64,000 nt of DNA from Octopus sinensis (lineage: Eukaryota): NCBI RefSeq assembly GCF_006345805.1, contig NC_043022.1, positions 6,820,001 through 6,884,000 of the forward strand, given 5' to 3'. Of this stretch, positions 1 to 9,339 are shown one piece after another. The notes under the pieces were generated by a model. The model was not told the DNA's origin. It saw only the letters and a program-made list of their open reading frames with translations, and made no database searches. Numbering within the stretch: the first letter of the stretch is position 1; every line of letters begins with the position of its first letter. The translations under genes were made by a program, and so were the position numbers.

Positions 1-240
1 AGGTAATGAAGGTTACGGAGAGGGTCATAGCCCAACTAATTAGAGAGAAAGTTAGCTTAGATGAGATGCAGTTTGGGTCCATGCCAGGGAAGAGTACCAC
101 TGATGCTATATTCCTGGTAAGACAGCTGCTGGAGAAATACCTAGCCAAAGATAAGCCCTTGTACCTGGCTTTTGTTGACATGGAGAAAGCCTTCGACAGG
201 GTCCCTGATTCCTTATCTGGTGGTCAATGAGGAAACTAGG
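1..240 (+). mobile_element. RTE-clade LINE reverse transcriptase fragment (runs off the window start, breaks off at ~240)
   Basis: ORF 6..230 (QFGSMPGKSTTDAIFLVRQLLEKYLAKDKPLYLAFVDMEKAFDRVP) is RTE RT motifs 2-3. It is nearly identical to the reverse complement of ~28925-29170 in this window. Confidence 0.9.
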
Positions 241-839
241 AATCCAGCACTGCTTTTAGTTTGAGACTAATTATCGTTGACTTGAGACTGAATCCTCGTC
301 ATCCTTAATTAAATGTCACATTGTTGGCTGCAGTTAAACAACAAAATGAATTCAAATTTAATCAGTGTCAAGTCCAAACGACTCAGAACATTGATATCTG
401 ATGTTTTATCTGAAGAAACCATTATTTAATTTGCTCTGAGATTATTTAAAACTGTTTTGATGGTTTTAATTTGGTCTTGGAAAAGTGAAGTAAAGATTTA
501 CCCCCAGAAGATGAAAACAGAGCAACTGAATGAAACCTGGCAAGGGGGTTTACTATGGAGCCTCAGTGTGGTCTCTTGATCTACTAGAAACAACAGCTAA
601 ACCTTTCTTAAAACACACCCAAACATCTTTTTAGAAAAAAGGACCAGTGATTCTCAGAATGGCACATACCCCCTTCCATCCCCACCAATGGTGACCACCC
701 TCTTCCTCCACTGCTTATGAATAAGGGATACAAAACAGAGTTTACCTCCCTATAACTCATATTTTGTTGTCCAAGGAGGTTTGAAACCACATTTTGTTAA
801 ACATTGCCCCCACCCCACACCTCACTGCAGCACCGCCAC

Positions 840-1100
840 CATCACCACACCACAACTGCTATCACCACCACCACCACCACCATCATCAGTACCACCACCT
901 GTGGAGAAAATAGCATGAGACAATGTAGCCTTAGGTAACTCCAGAACCGATGAGATGGTCACAAATGGAACAGCTTTGATCATAGGTCTGCTTGATCAGG
1001 GTAGACGGTGGGGGTGGCTAACCAACAACAACAACATCTACTACAATCACCACCACCACAGTCACCAACACCGCTGCCACCACCACCACCACCTCCACCA
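840..1100. repeat. (CAC)n/(CAA)n low-complexity trinucleotide tracts
   Basis: Directly visible runs of cac/acc/caa. Confidence 0.85.
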
Positions 1101-1559
1101 TTTACTCTTAACTCTCACCTTTTCTGGCCATGGTATTAATAAAGATTTTCTCCTTCAAGTTGACCACTTCACAAACAGACAGTTTATTATCCCTGATCAT
1201 AAACTGATGAAATCATTTACACGTTGATAATTTATTGCTGTCAAAACGAAGAATATTTCCTCCTAATTCCCTTCTTTTAGGGTGCTTAGCAAATTGGGGG
1301 ATTTTTTGGTGTTTTTTTTTCTTTTAAAATAGCAACATTTACCAAAAGATGATACACGAATATGTTGGATGAAGGATAATGAGGTTGATATGAAAACATC
1401 AAGGTGTGTGTGTGTGTATGTAATGTATCTGTGCATGTAGATATGTGTATATTATGTGTGTGTGTGTATAAAACTTGGAAAAGGATGCATGGCGTTCGAT
1501 CATATGATATATATATATATATATATAATATAAACATATGCATATATACATACATATAT

Positions 1560-1945
1560 GTGGAAGCACTCCGTCGGTTACGACGATGAGGGTTCTGGTT
1601 GATTCGAATCAACGGAACAGCCTGCTCGTGAAATTAACGTGTAAGTGGCTGAGAACTCCACAGACACGTGTACCCTTAACGTAGTTCTCAGGGATATTCA
1701 GCGTGACACAGAGAGTGACAAGGCCGGCCCCTTGAAATACAGGTACAACAGAAACAGGAAGTAAGAGTGAGAGAAAGTTGTGGTGAAAGAGTACAGCAGG
1801 GATCACCACCATCCCCTGCCGGAGCCTCGTGGAGCTTTAGGTGATTTCGCTCAATAAACACTCACAACGCCCGGTCTGGGAATCGAAACCGCGATCCTAT
1901 GACCGCGAGTCCGCTGCCCTAACCACTGGGCCATTGCGCCTCCAC
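1560..1945 (-). mobile_element. tRNA-derived SINE, family C, full length, with 9-bp TSD TACATATAT
   Basis: Minus strand starts GTGGAGGCGCAATGGCCCAGTGG (A box) and has GTTTCGATTCCC (B box). A near-identical copy lies at 61491-61875. TACATATAT occurs at 1551-1559 and 1946-1954. Confidence 0.9.
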
Positions 1946-2168
1946 TACATATATGTACATACCTACATATATACTTGCATATATGGGTACAGGACATCAA
2001 GAAAAAAAAACGTTGAACACAATGAGAAACGAAAACATAAAAACAAAAACAAAACAAACTTATTTTCGAACAACGGAAAAAACAGAGAAACGAGACATGA
2101 AACATAAAGAATATTCCCCTTCATCAGTTGCCCCTGTTTCATCTATTCCGTGTTTGTATGTATATATA

Positions 2169-3155
2169 TCATCATCATCATCATCATCGTTTAATGTCTG
2201 TTTTCCGCGCTAGCACGGGTTGGACGGTTCGACCGGGGTCTGGGAAGCCAGGGGCTGCACCAGGCTCCAGTCTGATCTGGCAGACTTTCTACAGCTGGAT
2301 GCCCTTCCTAACGCCAACCACTCCACGAGTGTAGTGGGTGCTTTTTACATGCCACCAGCACAGGTGCCAGGGGGGTCCAGCATCGGCCACAATCGGTTGG
2401 AGCTTTTAACGTGCCACCGGTACGGGAGCCAGCCAAGGCGGTCCTGGCAACAGCCACATTCGGATGATGCTTTTTATGTGCCACCGGCACAGAAGCCAGT
2501 CGGGGCGGCGCTGGCAACGGCCACGTTCGGATGGTGCTTTTTATGTGCCACCGGCACAGAAGCCAGTCGGGGCGGCGCTGGCAACGGCCACGTTCGGATG
2601 GTGCTTTTTATGTGCCACCGGCACAGAAGCCAGTCGGGGCGGCGCTGGCAACGGCCACGTTCGGATGGTGCTTTTTATGTGCCGCCGGCACAGAAGCCAG
2701 TCGGGGCGGCGCTGGCATTGGCCACATTCGGATGGTGCTTTTTATGTGTCACCGGCACAGAAGCCAGTCGGGGCGGCGCTGGCATTGGCCACGTTCGGAT
2801 GGTGCTTTTTATGTGCTACCGGCACAGAAGCCAGTTGACGCGGCGCTGGCAGCAGCCATGTTCGGATGGTGCTTTTTATGTGCCACCAGCACAGGTATCA
2901 CAACTACTATTTCCATTGATATTTATTTTGATGTTCATGTTCATGTACTTGACTCAACAGGTCTCCTCAAGCACAGCGGGACGTTCTGGAATCCAGGGTA
3001 CTTTGAATGGGCAGGGGCTATGCGGAACTGGTGCAGGAAGCAGCCCGGGTCTTTGCAGTCACAGCATATCTCCAGAGATCTCGGTCCTTCACCATTGCCT
3101 CAGTGAGGCCCAACGCTCTGAGGTCATGCTTGACTACCTCATCCCATGTCTTCCT
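2169..3155 (-). mobile_element. 5'-truncated RTE LINE (last ~45 ORF codons, 3' UTR and (GAT)n tail) containing about 7 copies of a 67-bp tandem unit
   Basis: Minus strand near 3155-3020 reads RKTWDEVVKHDLRALGLTEAMVKDRDLWRYAV (RTE C-terminus). The (CAT)n tail is at 2169-2188. Unit starts at 2461, 2528, 2595 and onward are spaced 67 bp. Confidence 0.88.
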
Positions 3156-3240
3156 TATATCTCTATGTGCGTTTATGTTTATTTAGTGTGTGTGTGGGGG
3201 GGATGTCTGTAATATTTGTATCTTCTGTTTATATACGTTC
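3150..3240. repeat. Dispersed repeat fragment also present at ~57980-58055
   Basis: tatatctctatgtg..tttatgtt..ttagtgtgtgtgtggggggg..atg.ctgtaatatttgtatct.ctgtt occurs at both loci. Confidence 0.7.
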
Positions 3241-3399
3241 ATGTAATTTGTTTTTGTTGTTGTTGTTTTTGTTTATTCTTATTTTGTTCATGTGTTTACA
3301 TCCACTTATTATCATTACATATGCTTGTATGTATGTATGTATAACAACAATACTAGTAATAATAATAATAAATCGAAAAAAATATATAATATAGTTATT

Positions 3400-5700
3400 T
3401 ATTTCTATTTGTTTATTTATCTGTGTATTTATTATGTTTTCGGGATCCTCTACCGTCATATGTTGTGGTGTGTGCTAGTGTTCCATTCTAGTTTTCTATT
3501 CAGGCTAGGTTTATTTTCTATTATGTGTGTAGCTTCTGTAATTTGTCTGATTGTTGCATCTGTTCAATGTATGGTCAATATTTTAATTTCTATGTTGTTG
3601 ATTGAGCCCCCGTGTTCCTGCTCGGCGTGTTGGTACAGAATCGATGAGCTTTTACTTTCCTTGAGTTGTCTCCAATGGTCATTTACCCGCTCTCCTATGC
3701 TTCTTGCTGTTTCCCCTACATATGTCATTGTCTTGTTACTGCATCGTCCCTCTATACATCTTATACTATAGACTACATTTCTGGCTTAACAGTTTGTTTG
3801 TGGGATAAATCTACATACAGTACAGTACTTATCCATACAGGGGGTTCTACTAAAAGGATAGGTTCTACCAATTATAGATTTGATAGGGTTGCCTGGCTTT
3901 TCAACAACCTTAATCCTTAGCTTAAGTTTGTCTAGGGCCCTTCTAAAGCAGTACGCCAGTTCACCTCTAGGGGTGGTGTCGACGAACATGACACTCTGGT
4001 ATTTATGGCTATCATACCAAGAGTTGGCCTTCCCTATTTTCTTTTTTGTCCTTTCTATAGTGTTCCATGACTTGTTCCTATAGAGTGAGCAAATCCCATT
4101 CCTATCATTACATAATATATTATCAAATTTCTTCATGGCTCCTTTGTATACTCTGATCCTTTCTTTATGGCTGTAACCTGAGAACTGCATGCGGTGAATG
4201 AAATATTGTATGTGTCTCTTTAACTCTGTAGGCTTGCACATGCGTGACACATTTCTCATTATTCTGACGAGGTCTGCCATCAAAATATTGAATTTGGCAT
4301 TGTCCGCAATGGCTGAGTTCCGGTGGATCAAGTATTTGGAGGCCATAGGTTTGGCATAGTATGAATGAAGGATTTGGGTTTTATTATTCACAATTTCTAG
4401 CCAGAGTTCAGTGTCTAGTACTGGTTGTCTATGGTTGGGGTGTTTAGTGGGGTAGTCTATTGTGACCTTAATACTCTGGTGGATGGAGTTAGCTATTTGC
4501 TGGATGCTCTCCATAGTATTAGTTTCTATTACTATATCAACAGTACTCTCTTGTGGGGTCGCCTTTACTACTATGTTGATAACATCAACATAGTGAGAGT
4601 ACATGTTTACGAGTATGGAGTTCTGTGTTAGGCGTTCTTTAAGCCTTCTGTCCCATCATACCATGAAAATGTTGGCCACATCACCGACGATACTAACGCC
4701 GATGGCTGCCCCCTCGTCCTGGGCATATATATTATTGTTAAACTTAAACATGTGGCCTTTTAGGGTAACACTTATACTAGCTCCTAGTGCATGTGCGTTC
4801 ATTTTCTTTACCTGATTGCCATTTGCGGGGCTCCGTATGGCTCTGGTCCATCCACTCCATCTCTCTATATGGGTCTTCCTAGCTTAGAAGTAATTGTAGG
4901 TGGTCTACCTCTTAAACATCTGCTGGGACAGAAATTACTAAGATCATGTTTATCTAGGTATTCGTTGTCATATGTCAGTCTAAGTAGGAGGCCCAGTTCC
5001 TCTGTGTTGACATTGCGGAACTCCACCTCGCTCTTGTTGATCATCTCCACGTACTTCTCCACCGCAAAATCCACGTCGATCGATGGGTATAGGAATACCA
5101 CATCCATGCTAGCCATTATACATCCTGTCAGGTCGCAAGTGTTGTTACAGTCATTGATCCTGCTGAGGAGATCTTCTGTGCTGTCACAAACATCAGGTGA
5201 CATCTGGATTATAGGGCGTATGATCACTGAGAGGAAGTAGGAGATCCTGTAGTTGCTAGCGATATTCGCCCCACAGACTGGTCTTGTTGGTGGTCCTGCT
5301 ACAGGTTCAGTAGTTACTTTATGGTCCTTGCGAAGTCCATACAGTGCCGGGATATCATTGTTCCAGGCTTGGAAATTATTTGCTGTACGTTTCTGGGGTC
5401 CCAGAACAATTGTCCACATCATGTGAGCATTGAGGACCTTTTCTCTCTCCTCATGTGCCTGTAAAGTTGTTACTTTCGTATTCGCGATATGAGGTTGCAT
5501 TGCCTGGATGTAGTTCGGTAAGCTGTCTATTGACATCCTGCCGGCCTTATCTGTGGGAAGGCATACCACCTCTCCGTTCCTCGTGTGCTGAATGAGCTTA
5601 CGTAGGCCACATACGGGTTTAATCCCGAGTTGTTGGGCCTCTGTCTTATTCTGTCTCTGTCTCTTAGTGTATAATCCTAAAATCTGTCTAAGTTTGGTCC
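3400..5700 (-). mobile_element. Penelope-like retroelement, degenerate: RT plus C-terminal GIY-YIG endonuclease
   Basis: Hand-joined minus-strand frames give TDKAG, LYGLRKDHK..TRPVCG, SMDVVFLYPSID (motif A), QDEGAAIG..VANIFMV*WD (motif B'), HYVDVIN (YVDD with the second D lost), YYAKPMASKYLIH, CMDKYCTVC, then RNVVYSIRC..YVGETARSIGERVNDH..RQITEA..PSLN (GIY-YIG). There are stops at 4656-4658, 3786-3788 and 3564-3566 and a frameshift near 4880. Confidence 0.88.
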
Positions 5701-5702
5701 TA

Positions 5703-5748
5703 GCTATATATATATATATATATATGGATATATATATATGTAAGTATG

Positions 5749-5780
<32 letters not shown>

Positions 5781-6304
5781 GTGTGTGTGTGTGTGTGTGT
5801 GTGTGGTGTGTATATCTATATGTATGTATATATATATATGTATAGATATATATGTATGTATGTATATATATATATGTATATACATATATAAATATATATA
5901 TATATATATATATGTATATACATATATAAATATATATATATATATATATATGTATATACATATATAAATATATATATATATATATGTATATACATATATA
6001 AATATATATATATATATATCCATATGTATGTATATATATATACGTGTATATCCATATGTATGTATATATATGTGTATATACATATGTATGTATATATATG
6101 TGTATATACATATGTATGTATATATATGTGTATATACATATGTATGTATATATATGTGTATATATATGTGTATATATATGTATATTCATATGTATGTATG
6201 TATATATATATCTGTATATACATATATGTATATACATATGTATATATATATGTATATATATATATATGTATATATATATATGTATATATATGCATATACA
6301 TATG

Positions 6305-6336
<32 letters not shown>

Positions 6337-6395
6337 CTTATGTATATATTTATATATATATATGTATCTATATACTTATGTATATATATATATAA
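5703..6395. repeat. Compound (TA)n/(TG)n/(TATG)n microsatellite
   Basis: Directly visible; source of the Y/I/C/V-rich ORFs. Confidence 0.95.
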
Positions 6396-6552
6396 TGTAA
6401 AGTATAGAAGCCATCTTATCATGGCTAACCACATTGGGGAGGGGGTGTTACTGTAGCTTTATAGCCCCAAGAGATCGTCGTCTCTAGCTGGCTTTAGACA
6501 CAATATCAGTGTCCTTGGAGTATTTGCAAAAGGAGGCCATCCCTTCCTGATA

Positions 6553-6595
6553 CGCTCGAACTAGTTTCGGGATTGTTGTCCCTCGTCAACAGGCG
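6553..6595 (-). ncRNA. Minimal type I hammerhead ribozyme-like motif (Penelope pseudo-LTR type), slightly degenerate
   Basis: Minus strand reads cgcctg-TTGACGA-GGGA-caacaa-TCCC-GAAA-CTAG-TT-cgagcg. The core matches CUGANGA apart from C3>U; stem II is a perfect 4 bp, stem III is the palindrome ACTAGT, and stem I is cgcctg/cgagcg. Confidence 0.65.
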
Positions 6596-6608
6596 GTAAC
6601 CACCAGGT

Positions 6609-6895
6609 CGCGATGAAAGTGAAAGCTCCTTTGTAAATATATAAGAGTTTTTCTAGTGGCGTCTGCCACTGATGTTGAAAAATGAACAGTAAGCATAATT
6701 AAATCTCAGAATGAGATTGAAACAGTAATCGCTCGATAATGTAAAGTATAGAAGCCATCTTATCATGGCTAACCACATTGGAGAGGGGGTGTTACTGAGA
6801 TTTAATTATCCTTACTGTTCGTTTTTCGACATCAGTGGCAGACACCACTAGAAAAACTTATATATATTTGCAAAGCAGCCTTCACTTTCATCGCG
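6609..6895. repeat. 101-bp inverted repeat (6609-6709 / 6795-6895) whose spacer holds a 61-bp direct copy of 6393-6453
   Basis: cgcgatgaaagtg..aatctcag versus ctgagatttaatt..ttcatcgcg (about 90% complementary). taatgtaaagtatagaagcc..gttactg occurs at 6393-6453 and 6737-6797. Confidence 0.9.
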
Positions 6896-6913
6896 AGAGA
6901 GAGAGAGAGAGAG

Positions 6914-8597
6914 TATTTCTTTATTCACCATAAGGTTGAGAAAAAGAGGGGACAAAACAAACGTTGGGGTCAGGGTATCGAATGAGACGAAACATATGAA
7001 TAAACAAACAATTAAAATATATACATTTAAATGAGAATGAGTGAATAACAAACCACAAACCACATACTCACACTGAAGACTTTGATTTCTCCTTTTTCAC
7101 ATTCGCGATTAAACAGGTTCTTTCACTCGCAACATACTTGCTATAGACTTCCATCTTTTACGAAACACACTTTGCGACAGGCATTTCTTCTCCAGCCTTA
7201 TTTTCCGTTTCATGTGGAAAACGAAAAAGTCGATTAGCTCGAGACTGGAGATAAACATGCCTGTTGCAATTTCTTTCACTCTCGTCTTCCACACTACTTC
7301 TTTCGCCATAGCAACTACCGAGAGAAAACAGGCTCGCTCCTCCCTATTCAGGGAAGTCGGCGGAACTATCTTCATTACAGATTCGCTCGACAGTTGTACT
7401 CTTCTCGAATGCGACAGCAGGTGTTCGACATAAGCCCAGAGTTCTGTCACCTTGGGGCATTGCACAATCGCGTGCAGGACAGTTTCACTGTCCCTCTTAC
7501 ATCTTGCACAAACCGGCGAAGGTGCACACCCATGTCTAAAGAGCTTATCTCGAACCGGTAAAGCTCCTCTGTAACATTGCCAGGCCAGGGACTTTTGGTA
7601 ATTATCCATAGGCCCCGGACCGAATGTTCTTTGGAACAGGCTGGCCAGTTGATTTTCGTCGAAGCCCAGTTTCTCCTAGGACGTCGTCACACTTGAACTC
7701 TACTAACTCTCTATAGAAGAATGAGGTAGTACCCCCGCCACTGGCGTTGCCCGACTGGCAGAGAAGCACGAGTGCCTGATAGCACTCTGCATGCCACATG
7801 CCCAACCTCGGTCTACACTTGACCCATGGGTTCAGTTCGTTAAACGATGTGAACTGTGGAAATAACAGCTTGACGAACGGAGACCACACCTGCTCACCGT
7901 CCAGGTAAATCCAGAGGTGCCTAAGCCTGAGCGCATGTCTGTGCATTTTTAGCCATGGCATCCCTAACCCACCCTTCAGCGGATTTTGGCAGCAAATAGA
8001 GCGCCTTACAAGAGGTCTGCTGCCCCTGCATAAAAAGCGAAAGAGCATGCGTTCCAGTTTGTTCAGCCACGAATCGGGGCAAGGCACGACGGTCAGGCGG
8101 TAAGTGATTACAGAGGCGATAAACACCTCTGCAACCTCCGCCCTCCCTTTTAAGGACAGCTTCCGCTCAGACCATGTCTGAGTTAGGAGAGCCACCTTTC
8201 TCGCCACCTCGCTCCAGTCCTTCTCTATCTGGAGATCTGGACCTAACCAGATTCCAAGCATTTTCACCGGTCCTTCCGTCCAACGTCCTACGACGCTATC
8301 GGAAGACATCGACTAGCCCCTCCAGGTGCCGAGTTGCAAGCCGACCGATTTATCCCGGTTGACTTTCGCTCCTGCCACCGCTTCGTAGTCCCTTAAGGCC
8401 TCACCCACCCACTGTAGGTGCTCGACTCGGGAAACGATGACGGTGATGTCGTCCACATACGCCGAAGCTGACTTTCCGCACCCTAGATCTTGCGGAGTGC
8501 CTCTCATAGTTTCCAACCTCCTCATCAACGGCTCGAGGGCCAAAACGTAGAGAAGCGGGGAGAGAGGACACCCTTGACGTACCGAATGTTCAATGCT
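6914..8597 (-). mobile_element. 5'-truncated Tx1/L1-clade LINE (RT core, C-terminal zinc-knuckle region, 3' UTR), pseudogenised
   Basis: SVRQGCPLSPLLYVLALEP..AYVDDITV..VNRDKS (8597-8316), an in-frame TAG at 8313-8315, MLGIWLG..WSERKLSLKGRAEV..KGGLGMP (8309-7630), a frameshift, then WQCYRGALPVRDKL..CARC..ETVLHAIVQC (7609-7109). The 3' UTR ends AATAAAGAAATA at 6914. Confidence 0.92.
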
Positions 8598-8610
8598 GAG
8601 AGAGAGAGAG

Positions 8611-8890
8611 GTAAAAAGCACAGGTGATGGTGCCACGTAAAAAGCATAGGTGATGATGCCAGGTAAAAAGCACAGGTGATGGTGCCAGGTAAAAAGCACA
8701 GGTGATGGTGCCAGGTAAAAAGCACAGGTGATGGTGCCAGGTAAAAAGCACCGGTGATGGTGCCACGTAAAAAGCACAGGTGATGGTGCCACGTAAAAAG
8801 CACAGGTGATGGTCCCACGTAAAAAGCATAGGTGATGGTGCCAGGTAAAAAGCACAGGTGATGGTGCCACATAAAAAGTACAGGTGATAG
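8611..8890. repeat. Short array of the 26-bp satellite (about 11 units)
   Basis: Units GTAAAAAGCAYAGGTGATGRTGCCA(C/G) begin immediately after the (GA)6 flank of the Tx1 element. Confidence 0.95.
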
Positions 8891-9339
8891 GGAAGTGAGC
8901 AGGAGTCAACTTGAAGGGAGCTGTTCTGATCAAGTTAAAATGGCAGTTACAAATTTCATCATTAATTAATTAAAAAAATAATCTCAGAGTTCATCAAGCA
9001 AAAGAGGTGCAAAACTGTATACAGCATCAATTAGTGTCTCTCAGTTGATTATCTTATCAGGATGAATGTTATCTGATCATCGGGGAGGGGGGGGGGGAGA
9101 TACGTTCACCACTTAGCAGAGCCAACTCCTTTCCTAGCCTCCCTTTGCTCAACTTTCCCCCCTTATTCTCTTTTATTACTTCCCTATGTTAATCCCATGT
9201 CATTTTCTGGTTGGCTCAGTGGGGTGAGCTACTGTTACAATACCAACTGTAAAAGTCAAGGATTTGTGTTCAAGCTCTGCCGACGGCACTCTTTATTGTT
9301 CTTGGGCCAACACATCTTATGTTGGATGAAGTAAAGAGT

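Noticed and set aside
1860-1945. tRNA genes at SINE heads (also 46655, 50553, 61800)
   Set aside because: A and B boxes are present, but there is no complete cloverleaf or acceptor stem, and each continues into a multi-copy SINE body.
2220-3212. 330-aa and 297-372-aa ORFs over the RTE UTR arrays (also 43983-45291)
   Set aside because: They are read-through of 66-67-bp tandem units on the antisense strand of a 3' UTR.
3564-4658. In-frame TGA codons in the Penelope-like ORF as selenocysteine recoding (known for some Naiad PLEs)
   Set aside because: The TGA at 4656-4658 replaces W of a WWD motif, and the TGA at 3564-3566 is not at an evident Cys position. The copy also has a TAA stop, a frameshift and a lost catalytic Asp, so ordinary decay suffices.
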